Origin: a bacterium
GTDB taxonomy: Bacteria; Patescibacteriota; Minisyncoccia; UBA6257; GWB1-50-10
Assembly: GCA_030647415.1 (NCBI GenBank)
Contig: JAUSKB010000011.1
Location: forward strand, 21,858-85,857
Length of the DNA stretch: 64,000 bases
Direction of reading: 5' to 3'
Shown: positions 9,320 to 18,884 of the stretch, piece by piece
How the letters are laid out: the number at the start of each line of letters is the position of its first letter
Numbering within the stretch: the first letter of the stretch is position 1
Notes under the pieces: model-generated
The model's input: the letters and a program-made list of their open reading frames with translations, nothing else
Databases searched by the model: none
Told to the model about the DNA's origin: nothing
Translations under genes and position numbers: made by a program

Positions 9320-10669
9320 ATGTCTCTTCCGAAGAAATTCGCATTGTTCCTCGGCGACATCCTGCTTCTCTACGTCGCGCTTGCGGGCGCCCTCCTTATC
9401 CGCTACGGCGTGGGCGAGTTCGGCGCCTCGTTTGACACCCATGTGGGACCCTTCTCGAAACTCTTCCTCCTCTGGCTCATCGTCCTCTACATCGCTGACC
9501 TGTACCGCCCCGCCGCGCTCCGGAGCCGCGCGGCCATCTGGCGGTCGCTCATCCGCGTCGTTGCGATCGCCGTCGTCGCCTCCACCGTCGTCTTCTATTT
9601 GTTCGGGAGTGAGTTCTCGCTCACGCCAAAAACGAACCTCCTCATCTTCGGCGCCCTCTTCCTCGCCCTTGACGCGCTGTGGCGAACGACGGTGCGCTCC
9701 CGCTTCGCGGCTGGCGCAGCAAACCTCATCGTCGTCGGCGCCTCGCCCTTGACTGCGGCAACCATCGCGCACCTCCGGGAGAACCCGCAGACCGGCTACC
9801 GCGTGGTCGACTGGCTCGAACGGCCGGATGCCGCGGCGCTTCAAACCCTGCCCGCGCGGATTGCCGAGCACCGGGCGGGCATGGTTGTCTTCGAACGGCA
9901 GACGCTCCTGAACCCGGATGCGCTCGCCGCCGCCTACCGCCTCCTGCCCCGCGAGGTCGCGCTCTTGACCTCGACTGATATCTACGAGACGACCTTTGAG
10001 CGCGTGCCGCTCGCAGAAATTGACGAGACCTGGTTCATCCGGAACATCACCACCCGTCGTCGCTTCTACGACGCGCTGAAGCGCGCCCTCGACCTCGCGG
10101 CATCCGCCATCCTGCTCGTCGTTCTCTCGCCCCTCTTCCTCCTCATCGCCCTCATGGTCGGCGCGACCTCGCGGGGCCCGGTCATCTTCCGGCAATCACG
10201 AATTGGGAAGCTTGGCCGGCCGTTCACACTTTATAAGTTCCGCATCATGGTCAAAAACCACGACGGCTCGCCCGTCACACTCACGAACGACCCGCGGTTC
10301 ACCGGCATCGGAAAATTCCTCAACTTTACCCACCTAAACGAGCTCCCGCAGCTCTGGAACGTCCTCCGCGGCGACCTGTCCTTGACCGGCCCCCGGCCGG
10401 AGAGCGCCGAGCTCGTCGCCCAGTACGCATCCCTCCCCTACTACGACATCCGCCACGTGGTGAAGCCGGGCGTGACCGGCTGGGCGCAGATCAACTTCAA
10501 GCCGAGCACCTCGCGCGAGGAGGCCTTCGAGAAACTCTCCTACGACATCTACTACATCGCCCACCGCTCGCTCCTCCTCGACCTCCTCATCATTTTCCGA
10601 ACCGTGAAACACCTCGTTGCCCCCGTCCGCCAGAACGCGCCCGCCGACCTTGGCGGACAAACCCGCTAA
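9320..10669 (+). CDS. Priming sugar transferase (polyprenyl glycosylphosphotransferase, WcaJ/CpsE-like)
   Basis: N-terminal TM helices; KRALDL, IFRQSRIGKLGRPFTLYKFR, ELPQLWNVLRGDLSLTGPRPE, VKPGVTGWAQIN. Confidence 0.93.
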   Translation: MSLPKKFALFLGDILLLYVALAGALLIRYGVGEFGASFDTHVGPFSKLFLLWLIVLYIADLYRPAALRSRAAIWRSLIRVVAIAVVASTVVFYLFGSEFSLTPKTNLLIFGALFLALDALWRTTVRSRFAAGAANLIVVGASPLTAATIAHLRENPQTGYRVVDWLERPDAAALQTLPARIAEHRAGMVVFERQTLLNPDALAAAYRLLPREVALLTSTDIYETTFERVPLAEIDETWFIRNITTRRRFYDALKRALDLAASAILLVVLSPLFLLIALMVGATSRGPVIFRQSRIGKLGRPFTLYKFRIMVKNHDGSPVTLTNDPRFTGIGKFLNFTHLNELPQLWNVLRGDLSLTGPRPESAELVAQYASLPYYDIRHVVKPGVTGWAQINFKPSTSREEAFEKLSYDIYYIAHRSLLLDLLIIFRTVKHLVAPVRQNAPADLGGQTR

Positions 10670-10673
10670 CCCC

Positions 10674-12185
10674 ATGCTCGCCCCCCTTCGCGAACGCTTC
10701 GGTCGGGGCACGGCTCGCCTCCGCCGGTTACTCTTTGAGAATCGGAGCACCCGCCAAACCATCGCGAAAAACATGTTCTGGTTGAGCTTCGGCCAAATCG
10801 CCGGCCGGCTCATCAGGGCGTCGGTCATCATCTACGCCGCACGCGTCCTTGGCGCCGCGGACTACGGGGTATTCTCCTACGCGCTGGGACTCGCCGGATT
10901 CTTCACGATATTCGCAGACGTCGGCATCAACAGCATTCTGACGCGCGAGGTCTCCCAGAAGCCGGCCGAGCGGTCGCAGTACTTTGCGACGGCGCTCTGG
11001 ATAAAGTTCGGACTCCTCCTCGCCACGACCGCACTTGTCGTTTTCGTCGCTCCGTTCTTCTCGAAGATCGAGGCCGCGAGGGCACTCATCCCCTTCGTCG
11101 CCCTCCTCACCATCTTCGACGGCATCCGCGAGTTCGTAAATTCGTTTCTCCGCGCCCTCGAACGGATGGAGCTCGAGGCGTTCGCGAACACGGTGACAAA
11201 CGTCGCCATCACCGCGGCGGGGTTCATCATCCTCTCATTCTCCGCGACCGCGTATTCGCTCACAATGGTCTACGCGCTCGCGGGAAGCGTCGGCGCGCTC
11301 TTCGCGGTGTTCCTGCTCCGGAAGGAGTTCCGTGGCGCCTTCTCGAACTTCCGCCGTTCCCTCCTCCGCCCGCTCATCACCGCCGCGCTACCTATTGCGC
11401 TCATGGGCCTCCTCGGCGCGTTTATGCTAAACACCGATATGATTATGCTGGGCTGGTTGCGAACACCGGAAGAACTCGGCTTCTACTCATCGGCACAGAA
11501 GATCGTGCAGGTGCTCTACGTCATCCCCGGCATCCTCGCCTCCGCAATCTTCCCCGTCTTGGCGCGTCTCATCGGTCAGGCGCGGCACCGCGACGTGCGC
11601 ACGCTTATGGAGCGCACGATCACCGCGGCGTTCCTCGTCGCGATACCACTCACCATCGGCGGCGCCGTTCTTGCGAAGCCCATCATGTCGTTCCTCTACG
11701 GCGCGGAGTACATCCCGGGTGCGGCCGCATTCCAGTTTCTCATCGCGACCACACTCATCGCATTCCCCGGAACACTCGTCGGAAATCTCATCCTTGCCTA
11801 CAACAAACAGAAAAGCGTCGTGTGGGGGGTCGCGCTGGGGAGTATTGGCAACATCGCGTTCAACGCCCTCCTCATCCCGATACTCGGTATTATGGGCGCG
11901 GCCATCGCCACCGTCATCGCGCAGTTTTTGAGCAACGGCTACATGTGGCACGTTATACGAAAGACGAACCAATTTGAGACATTCTCACACCTCAAAAAAA
12001 TCGTCGCGGCGGGTATCATCATGGGTGTCTGCGCCGGAATTCTAAATGTGCTCGGTATCCACGTGCTCGCGACCATTGCGGCCGCCGGCCTCATATACGC
12101 GGGGTTGCTCTGGCTCCTCAAAGAACCGGCCGTAGCCGAACTCATGGCGCTAAAACAGGCTATCCAGCCGAAACCGGAAATATGA
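10674..12185 (+). CDS. wzx: Wzx-type oligosaccharide flippase
   Basis: KNMFWL...ARVLGAADYGVFSYA...D.G; many TM helices; TDMIMLG...LGFYSSA; LIPILGIMGAAIAT. Start moved to ATG 10674. Confidence 0.9.
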   Translation: MLAPLRERFGRGTARLRRLLFENRSTRQTIAKNMFWLSFGQIAGRLIRASVIIYAARVLGAADYGVFSYALGLAGFFTIFADVGINSILTREVSQKPAERSQYFATALWIKFGLLLATTALVVFVAPFFSKIEAARALIPFVALLTIFDGIREFVNSFLRALERMELEAFANTVTNVAITAAGFIILSFSATAYSLTMVYALAGSVGALFAVFLLRKEFRGAFSNFRRSLLRPLITAALPIALMGLLGAFMLNTDMIMLGWLRTPEELGFYSSAQKIVQVLYVIPGILASAIFPVLARLIGQARHRDVRTLMERTITAAFLVAIPLTIGGAVLAKPIMSFLYGAEYIPGAAAFQFLIATTLIAFPGTLVGNLILAYNKQKSVVWGVALGSIGNIAFNALLIPILGIMGAAIATVIAQFLSNGYMWHVIRKTNQFETFSHLKKIVAAGIIMGVCAGILNVLGIHVLATIAAAGLIYAGLLWLLKEPAVAELMALKQAIQPKPEI

Positions 12186-12237
12186 ACAACCGCACCCAAG
12201 CGGTGCGGTATCCGCTTGCGGTATTGGCGGTTGTTCA

Positions 12238-12260
12238 CCCCGCCACGGCGGGGTTTTATT
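12238..12260 (+). terminator. Putative intrinsic terminator downstream of wzx
   Basis: GC-rich stem (cccgcc/ggcggg) followed by ttttatt. Confidence 0.5.
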
Positions 12261-12395
12261 GTTTGTATCTCCATTCATCCGCGCCGCACGTGACGCGGTA
12301 TTCTGGAGACAAACAATAAATTTGAAAAATCTCTTCCAGCGAATTATACTAGCGCTAGTTCACTAAAACATTACATCATATAAGGAGATGCACCG

Positions 12396-12950
12396 ATGGG
12401 GAAAATCGGTATTTTTTTACGCGATTCAATCAAGGCGGGTCTCATCGCGACCCTCGTCATCCTCTTTCTCGTGTCGCTCGTCTCGGGAAAGACAATGCTA
12501 TCTCTATTCCTCGGCGTCGGCGGCTTGTTCGCCGCGACCGTCTGGGGACAGATCGCCTCGGGGCTCGGCGCGGCCGTGGCCGTCGGCATCGTGACCATGG
12601 CGGCGCGAAAACACAACGGCATGCGGGAATGGCTCATCAAGCGGATTCCCAAAAGGGTCCTTGGAGAACCAGTCGTGCGATGTCAGTTAGTCCCGGGAGG
12701 CGCAGTGCTGGTCGGGACGCTCATTAAGGTCGAGGGCAGGTTCGCGCATGTTCGACAGTTCAATGGGTGGATGCTCGCGATCACCTGGCTCAAGTGGGAA
12801 TTTCCCGTCGAGCTCATCGAGTACGTACGCGACGCAAACGGCAACCAGCGGATGGGGCTCGATCTTATTTTGGAGATCTGTGGATGGGGCGGCCAGAACG
12901 GGAACGGCGCGAACGGCTCGGTAAAAAAATCAGAGGCTCACGTGACGTGA
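12396..12950 (+). CDS. Hypothetical membrane protein (weak DUF502-like layout)
   Basis: AAGGAG upstream of the ATG; hydrophobic N-terminal segments followed by a small soluble domain. Confidence 0.55.
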   Translation: MGKIGIFLRDSIKAGLIATLVILFLVSLVSGKTMLSLFLGVGGLFAATVWGQIASGLGAAVAVGIVTMAARKHNGMREWLIKRIPKRVLGEPVVRCQLVPGGAVLVGTLIKVEGRFAHVRQFNGWMLAITWLKWEFPVELIEYVRDANGNQRMGLDLILEICGWGGQNGNGANGSVKKSEAHVT

Positions 12951-12957
12951 GCCTCTT

Positions 12958-14169
12958 TTAATTTTGGTGGTCGCGGAGAAACCCGTGACATACGTCCGCG
13001 ATGCGATCCGCAGCGTGCCCGTCGCCGAAGAGCGTCCGTGGCACCGCCATGGCCGCATGGACTGTGGAGTCGTCCAGTATTTTCTCCGTCTCGAGGACAA
13101 TCCGCTCCGGATCGGTCCCCGCGAGTACCGCGGCACCCGCGGTGACCACCTCCGGACGCTCGGTGACGTCGCGCAGGATGACGACCGGCGTCCCCAGGAA
13201 CGACGCCTCCTCCTGCACGCCGCCGGAATCGGTGAGGATGACGACCGCCGTCCGCATGAGCCAGACGAAGAGCTCATAGTCGAGCGGCGGCACGATACAT
13301 ACCCCTGGAACCCCGTCGAGCGACGCGTGCAGGGCGCGCTCTACGTTCGGGTTCGGGTGCGCGGGAAGGACGATGCGGAGATTCGGGTACTGCGCCGAGA
13401 GTGTGCGGAGCGCCTGAAAGATGTTCGTGAGTCCCGTGCCGAAGCTTTCGCGACGGTGCGCCGTCGCGAGCACGAGGGTCGTTTGGCTAACGTCAATACC
13501 GGTCAATGACCTAAATCGTTCGGCGACGCGCACCGCCTCCCGCGGGTCCGCGAGGCGTTCAATTGTCGCACGAAGCGCATCGATGGCGGTGTTTCCTACC
13601 AGGTGGATTCGGCTTGGGTCAATTCCTTCACGTCGGAGATTCTGGGCCGCCTGCGGCGTGGGAGCAAAGTGAACGTCGGCGAGCCGGGAAACCAAGGTGC
13701 GGTTCATCTCCTCGGGGAACGGGCGGTACTTGTCGTACGTGCGGAGCCCCGCCTCCACATGCGCGATGGGAATCTTTAGGTGGAAGGCGAGGAATGCGGC
13801 GATGAAGACCGTCGAGGTGTCGCCCTGCACTACGAGAAGCTTCGGACGGCGGCGCAGGATGCGCAAAAATCGCAGTAGCCCCATACCGCTCCGAGCGAGC
13901 GACCAGAGGCGCCCCACAACACTTGCCGCCGACGAAAAGAGCGCCTGGTCGGACAGGGAGACGGGGAGGTCGTAGGTCGGCGTGAGCGAAAAGGCGCGGA
14001 GCGCCTGGTCGGCAAGCGCCGTATGTTGCCGAAAGAGGCAGGTCGCCACACGGATGCCGGCCTGCTCAAGCGCATGGACCACCGGCACGAGCTTGATAAT
14101 CTCGGGGCGCGTTCCGAACACCACGAGAACGTCGGGAGGGTCGCCGTGATGGCGCGCCGCACGGGTCAT
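12958..14169 (-). CDS. wecB: UDP-N-acetylglucosamine 2-epimerase (non-hydrolysing)
   Basis: VFGTRPEIIK, VQGDT, HVEAGLRT...PFPEEMNR, TAHRRE, TDSGGVQEEA, TERPE. ATG 14169 overlaps the upstream TGA (ATGA). Confidence 0.95.
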   Translation of the reverse strand: MTRAARHHGDPPDVLVVFGTRPEIIKLVPVVHALEQAGIRVATCLFRQHTALADQALRAFSLTPTYDLPVSLSDQALFSSAASVVGRLWSLARSGMGLLRFLRILRRRPKLLVVQGDTSTVFIAAFLAFHLKIPIAHVEAGLRTYDKYRPFPEEMNRTLVSRLADVHFAPTPQAAQNLRREGIDPSRIHLVGNTAIDALRATIERLADPREAVRVAERFRSLTGIDVSQTTLVLATAHRRESFGTGLTNIFQALRTLSAQYPNLRIVLPAHPNPNVERALHASLDGVPGVCIVPPLDYELFVWLMRTAVVILTDSGGVQEEASFLGTPVVILRDVTERPEVVTAGAAVLAGTDPERIVLETEKILDDSTVHAAMAVPRTLFGDGHAADRIADVCHGFLRDHQN

Positions 14170-15410
14170 GCGGGTTGACGCTCGCCACGCCCCTCCGCGA
14201 GCACCCGCTCCCACGCCGCGATACCGACCTTCTTCGAAAAGTGCGTCGTGAGGTACCGGTAGCCGTTCGCGCCGAGCGCGGGGAGTGTCGCACGGGCGTC
14301 GTAGGCGGCGCGAAATGCCGCGACGACTGCCGTGCGGTCATCGGACACCGCCGCGAACCCGCACTCGGCCTCACGAACGATTCGGAGCGCGTCGCTCTCC
14401 GTATGCACCGCGACGACCACCGGAACGCCCGCCGCCATGTACCCCATGAGCTTCGCCGGGACCGCCGGCGTCGTGTTCTTCGACGTGAGCGTTGCGATGC
14501 CCACGCTCATCGCCTTCACGAGCTCCGGATACTCCGCGCTGGAGACGAATGGTTTGAATATGACGTTTTCCAGTTTTCGTTCGCGAGCTACACCCTCGAG
14601 CCGCGCGCGGTCCGTACCGTCGCCCACGAAGAGGAACTTCACTCTCGGCACGGCGCGGAACGATTCCGCTGCATCGAGCACCAGGTCGAGCCCCTGCGAG
14701 GGACCCAAGACGCCCGCAAAGAGGAAGACGAAATCGTTCGCCAAACCCCATGCCGTGCGGAACCGGTTGCCGACCGGCGCCGCATCAAAGGGTACGGTGT
14801 CGATCCAGTGCGGAATGACGCGGAGCTTCGCCGCTGGAACGCTACGCCGGTCCGTGAGGTAGCGGGCGTGCAACGCAGACGGAACCACGATTGTCTCGGC
14901 GCGCCGGTACACCGTCCGCTCCATCGGGCCGAAGAAGAGCTGGATGAGCGGCTTCTGCCATGTGGCGACGAGGTCAATGCCGTTCTGGGGAAAAATGTCG
15001 TGAATGTTCGGGATAAATCGGGCGCCATAGCGGTGGGCGAGGCGCGAGGCGGCGAGCGCGAGCGGCAGGGGCGGGCTGTGGACGATGACTGCATCAAACG
15101 GGCCGCGAATCGAGCGTCGAACCGCCCGGGCGAAAACGCCGGGCAGGAGGAGCTGCGAGATGCCCCGAACGAGATACGGCACCTTGTGGTGCGGGAGCGT
15201 CGCAATGCGGACCACGCGCACGCCGCGGCGCACCTCGTCGCGCGGCACCTCCTCGGCGACCGTCCCCGGCGCGAGGTTGTAGGCGGGGACGGTCGTCGCA
15301 ACCGTCACCTCGTGGCCGTTCTCCGCGAGCCCTTCCGCTAACTCCGCCATGAGCTGGGAGGCCGAGCGGAGCTCCGGCGGGTAGGAATCAGTGACGATGA
15401 GGAGTTTCAT
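14166..15410 (-). CDS. GT4 glycosyltransferase (WbuB-like)
   Basis: MKLLIVTDSYPPE, HDIFP, FAGVLGPSQGL, VGDG, PAKLMGYMAAGVPV. Confidence 0.92.
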   Translation of the reverse strand: MKLLIVTDSYPPELRSASQLMAELAEGLAENGHEVTVATTVPAYNLAPGTVAEEVPRDEVRRGVRVVRIATLPHHKVPYLVRGISQLLLPGVFARAVRRSIRGPFDAVIVHSPPLPLALAASRLAHRYGARFIPNIHDIFPQNGIDLVATWQKPLIQLFFGPMERTVYRRAETIVVPSALHARYLTDRRSVPAAKLRVIPHWIDTVPFDAAPVGNRFRTAWGLANDFVFLFAGVLGPSQGLDLVLDAAESFRAVPRVKFLFVGDGTDRARLEGVARERKLENVIFKPFVSSAEYPELVKAMSVGIATLTSKNTTPAVPAKLMGYMAAGVPVVVAVHTESDALRIVREAECGFAAVSDDRTAVVAAFRAAYDARATLPALGANGYRYLTTHFSKKVGIAAWERVLAEGRGERQPA

Positions 15411-15450
15411 GGAAATTTATTAAGAAACCGATGTGTAATGGTTTCTGTGT

Positions 15451-15906
15451 CTAGATAATTTCAGTCAATTCAGATAGTGAGTGGATGATAAAGGTTGGTG
15501 TTTTCGTTTCTTCATTTGGTAGCTCATTCTCAAATTTTCCTTTCTGTAACCATACCGTGGGATGATTGCGTAGATTGCCATATTTTATCCCACGAATAAT
15601 GCGGTCGTCGACGATGAGAATTTCTTCCCGCGGTAGATCGAGCTTCGCAACAACCTCGTCCAAAATTTTATCCTTATCTTCATCCGTAACCGCGGCTACC
15701 TCGAAGAACTTTCGTAGCGGGGAGTTCTCAATCTGCTTTGTCCGTTCCTCCAAACTCGCGTTTGCATGAATGCTCACAAGTGAAGCAACGGCCAACCGAT
15801 ACCCACGCTTCCGGCACAGTACCAAAATCTCCTCAGCTTCGGGAAATTCATTCTTCGTTTCCGAATCAAAAAGAGTTCTCCCCCAATCAAAAATAATTGC
15901 TTTCAT
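15451..15906 (-). CDS. HAD-superfamily hydrolase
   Basis: MKAIIFDWGRTL (motif I variant), IVDDR, C-terminal PTFIIHSLSEL. Confidence 0.75.
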   Translation of the reverse strand: MKAIIFDWGRTLFDSETKNEFPEAEEILVLCRKRGYRLAVASLVSIHANASLEERTKQIENSPLRKFFEVAAVTDEDKDKILDEVVAKLDLPREEILIVDDRIIRGIKYGNLRNHPTVWLQKGKFENELPNEETKTPTFIIHSLSELTEII

Positions 15907-16043
15907 ATTCCCTCCCTTGCATTCTAGACCCCAACACGGGCGACGCAAGCTCAAGACTGAATACAGAAGGCGCTACGGGGATAGTTGGCAAGATGGTATC
16001 TACAAAACCTTGTTTTGCTACATAGAGGGATTAGACTTCCTAT

Positions 16044-16523
16044 ATGGAGGATATGTCCAATTACGAGAAGTTGAGAGGGGACGCACAAAAGTTCTACAGC
16101 GAAATCGGAAGTGTCTTCTCCCCTGCTTTTAGCCAAAAAGTACAGTTCAGCTCGGAGGGATTTAACCATATTATCTTCAAAAGCCCTCGAACTGAACGGG
16201 AGAGGTCATCCCAGATTTTGCGATTAAAATTACTACCCTTAGCAATCAAACTCGTGGCAGACTCGACCACACACCAGGAATTCGAGGAGTCTTTGAAGGA
16301 ATTTGATGTTATGAGATTTAAGAAAAGGGCCAGAAAAACAATGATGGTCAGGTATTGGGGCATCATCGCAATCGTAGAGGGAAGAAAAATCAAGGTGATT
16401 ATCAGGAAGGTGGGCGATAATGGTGCCATGCATTTCTGGAGCATCGTGCCAGCCTGGGCAACCAACAAATATCGCGACCAAAAGCTATTCACCACAATGA
16501 AGGGGAACCCGGAAGAAGATTGA
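16044..16523 (+). CDS. Hypothetical protein, possibly a BECR-fold (LPD3-like) nuclease/toxin
   Basis: V.F...GFNH, R...LP....L, KVIIR, HFWS pattern; basic 159-aa protein. Fold assignment is tentative. Confidence 0.5.
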   Translation: MEDMSNYEKLRGDAQKFYSEIGSVFSPAFSQKVQFSSEGFNHIIFKSPRTERERSSQILRLKLLPLAIKLVADSTTHQEFEESLKEFDVMRFKKRARKTMMVRYWGIIAIVEGRKIKVIIRKVGDNGAMHFWSIVPAWATNKYRDQKLFTTMKGNPEED

Positions 16524-16524
16524 A

Positions 16525-16558
16525 AACAAAAAGACCGCTCGCACGCGGTCCTTTTGTT
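16525..16558. terminator. Bidirectional terminator-like hairpin
   Basis: aacaaaaa-gaccgc-tcgcac-gcggtc-cttttgtt directly after the stop at 16523. Confidence 0.65.
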
Positions 16559-16736
16559 GTGCCTGCCTTCAGCTTTGGTATTAGCCGAATAGGGCTGGCG
16601 CCCCACAAGCACAATCTTAGTATATACCATAGGTAATGGGAAGTTGTCCACATATCCAATATGAGTGGTTTTAATTGGGTAATTCACCCTTCTTAATCAT
16701 TCCATGGAGGATCCCAGAGTGGGAGGATACAAGTCC

Positions 16737-16770
16737 GACATTCCAATGTTCCGCGGAACATTGGAATGTC
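16737..16770. repeat. Perfect 34-bp palindrome
   Basis: gacattccaatgttccg|cggaacattggaatgtc. Confidence 0.9.
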
Positions 16771-16840
16771 ATACTGTGCCTGTTACCGTGTCTGTTACCG
16801 TGCCTTTTCTGAATGGAGCGAGCGACGTATACTATATTTC

Positions 16841-18607
16841 ATGCGCATCCTGACCGGCAAGAAGTGGCGCGGGGGGTTCCTCGACTACCACCGGAACAAG
16901 AAGGAGTACCGAATCCAGGTGCTCGCATGGAAAAATCTTGAAAAACTCGAGAACGTCTACCACACCCGGCCCAAGAGCCTCCGCCTCCTCTGGAACTACC
17001 TCCCCGTCGTGGGGTTCGAAGGGCTCCTCACGAAGACCTGGTCTCGGCTCCGCGAGGACCGGCGGAACGAAAAGTACGTTGCCTGCGGCGTCGGTACCGT
17101 CATCGAGGGCGCCGGCGACGCACGATTCCCCATAGGTTCCATTGTCTGCTTCGTCGCGCCCTGGCACCCCGCGCTCGCGGAGCGCGTCGTCCTCCCCGAG
17201 GAGCTCGTCTTCGCCATCGATACGGCCGCGACGCCGAAGGTCCCCGACGGGACCATCCTCCACGCGCCGCTCGCGCGCGGAAAGAACGAGCTTCCCTGGT
17301 GGAAGCCGGTGCGCGCGTGGAGCACGTACGCCGGCATCGCGCTCTCCACGGAAACGATCTCCGAGCTTGAGCGAGGGCTCCGCATCGAGCTCTCAGCGAC
17401 CGACTGGTCACGGGCGGACCGCATGAACGCGTCCCACCCCGCGCCTGTCGCTCTCGTCCATGGCGGCGTCCCCACGTCAGGGCACTCAAACCAGCAACTG
17501 ACCCGCCTCGCCCGACGAGCGGGCGAGTCGAGGCGGGCAACCGATGGTTCTACAAGCTCACCATCTCTTCGAGAGCCTGAGGGCTCCTCAGAGCCTCGAA
17601 CGGCCCGAGCAGAGTCGAGGGACAACCGACAACCGAAGATGGGGATTCTCTACGGGTTCGGCAACTACGCGAAAACCAACATCATCCCCTACTCGAGGCC
17701 CTTCGTGAACATACGGACGGTCCACGAGATCGACCCCACGCAGATCGCCGGCGCGCACCGCGTGGAGCGATGGGAATCGTCCCCGTTCCCGGCAGAGAAC
17801 GAGCGGGCCGAGGTCTACTTCGTGGCGAGCTACAACCACACCCACGTCCCCATCACCCTCCACGCCCTTGCGCAGGGGGCCTACGTCGTCGTCGAAAAGC
17901 CCGTCGTGATGGACCACGACGAGCTCGCGGAGGTCGAGGTTGCGCTCCGGAAGGCGGGGCGGAAGCTCTTCGTCGGATTCCATAAACGGTACGGGCTTTT
18001 CAACCGGCTGGCGCTCGAGGACCTCAAGGTAGAGCCGGGCGAGCCCATCTCCTACCACTCCATCGTGTACGAGCTCATCCAGCCCGAGTTCTTCTGGTAC
18101 AACTGGCCGGTTTCGCGGAGCACCTTCCTCTCGAACGGCTGCCACCAGGTGGACCACTTCCTCCACCTGAATGGCTTCTCGAAGCCGAAAGACGCAGGAA
18201 TCAAGCTGCTCCAAGACGACGCCGTCGAGGTATGGATCGAACTTGAAAACGGGGCGTCCTTCACCACCACGTTCAGCGAGAAGGGCGTTTCGCGCGTCGG
18301 CCCGCGGGACCACGTGGAGCTGAAGGTACACGGCCGGAACGTGCGCATCACGGACGCCATCCGGTACCAGTCCGAGGATAACCACCGCATCATCCGGCGG
18401 AGGCGCATCGTGAAGACAAACAGCTACAAGGACATGTACCGGACCATCTGCGCGAAGATCGCGGCAAACGAACCGGGCGACACCATTGAGTCTGTCCTCA
18501 TCACCTCAAAAATCATGCTCGACCTCGAGGAGAAGCTCCAACACATGAAACATTGGGGTACTAGATACGATATCGCAAAGAAAGAGTTTGAAAAGCGTTT
18601 CTTCTAA
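16841..18607 (+). CDS. Bi-domain Gfo/Idh/MocA-family oxidoreductase with an in-frame repeat-derived linker insert
   Basis: GILYGFGNYAK, H..H...ALAQG..VVVEKP, VGFHKRY, NGCHQVD. Start at ATG 16841 (MRILTG). Confidence 0.8.
   Translation: MRILTGKKWRGGFLDYHRNKKEYRIQVLAWKNLEKLENVYHTRPKSLRLLWNYLPVVGFEGLLTKTWSRLREDRRNEKYVACGVGTVIEGAGDARFPIGSIVCFVAPWHPALAERVVLPEELVFAIDTAATPKVPDGTILHAPLARGKNELPWWKPVRAWSTYAGIALSTETISELERGLRIELSATDWSRADRMNASHPAPVALVHGGVPTSGHSNQQLTRLARRAGESRRATDGSTSSPSLREPEGSSEPRTARAESRDNRQPKMGILYGFGNYAKTNIIPYSRPFVNIRTVHEIDPTQIAGAHRVERWESSPFPAENERAEVYFVASYNHTHVPITLHALAQGAYVVVEKPVVMDHDELAEVEVALRKAGRKLFVGFHKRYGLFNRLALEDLKVEPGEPISYHSIVYELIQPEFFWYNWPVSRSTFLSNGCHQVDHFLHLNGFSKPKDAGIKLLQDDAVEVWIELENGASFTTTFSEKGVSRVGPRDHVELKVHGRNVRITDAIRYQSEDNHRIIRRRRIVKTNSYKDMYRTICAKIAANEPGDTIESVLITSKIMLDLEEKLQHMKHWGTRYDIAKKEFEKRFF
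17489..17636. repeat. Compound in-frame insertion of four palindromic elements in a CAACCGA heptamer array
   Basis: cccgcctcg...cgaggcggg (17502-17537), gatggt..tacaagctc..accatc (17543-17565), ttcgag..ctgag..ctcag..ctcgaa (17568-17600), cccgagcagagtcgaggg (~17604-17621); flanked by caactga/caaccga units. Confidence 0.75.
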
Positions 18608-18725
18608 ACTGAAAGGGTGCCCGCCCGCCGCGCCCGACACGCTTCGCGAGTCATGCGGGCGGGCATCGCTACCTGCCCGAAGCTGCTGCATCGCTGCAGG
18701 CGGGCGCGAAGCGTTGCGGGCGGGG

Positions 18726-18776
18726 GGCGACAAGTATGAGCGGGCGAAAGCGGAGTTCGAGCGCCGCTTCCGGTAA
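18726..18776 (+). pseudogene. Orphan duplicate of the oxidoreductase 3' end
   Basis: Encodes GDKYERAKAEFERRFR* versus the gene's GTRYDIAKKEFEKRFF*: 9/16 identical with the stop in the same position. Confidence 0.75.
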
Positions 18777-18884
18777 AGAGACTGCGCGGAGCGCACGCAA
18801 TGGCGGAGGCGGAGTTCTTTTTGCCATTTTCGCTAACTTTATATAGTTTCCTAAATATTGCATAACTTTATAAAGTTTGATACT

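Noticed and set aside
12182-12319. Small ORF coupled to the wzx stop
   Set aside because: It runs entirely through hairpins and a terminator-like stem and has no protein-like features.
14175-15341. Long antisense or alternate-frame ORFs (e.g. 14175-15341, 9287-10195, 18978-19895, 60933-61856, 1992-2627)
   Set aside because: Shadow ORFs of GC-rich or codon-biased genes, with no recognisable motifs.
18560-18776. Diversity-generating retroelement VR/TR pair
   Set aside because: Differences between the two tails are not confined to adenines, and there is no reverse transcriptase in the window.
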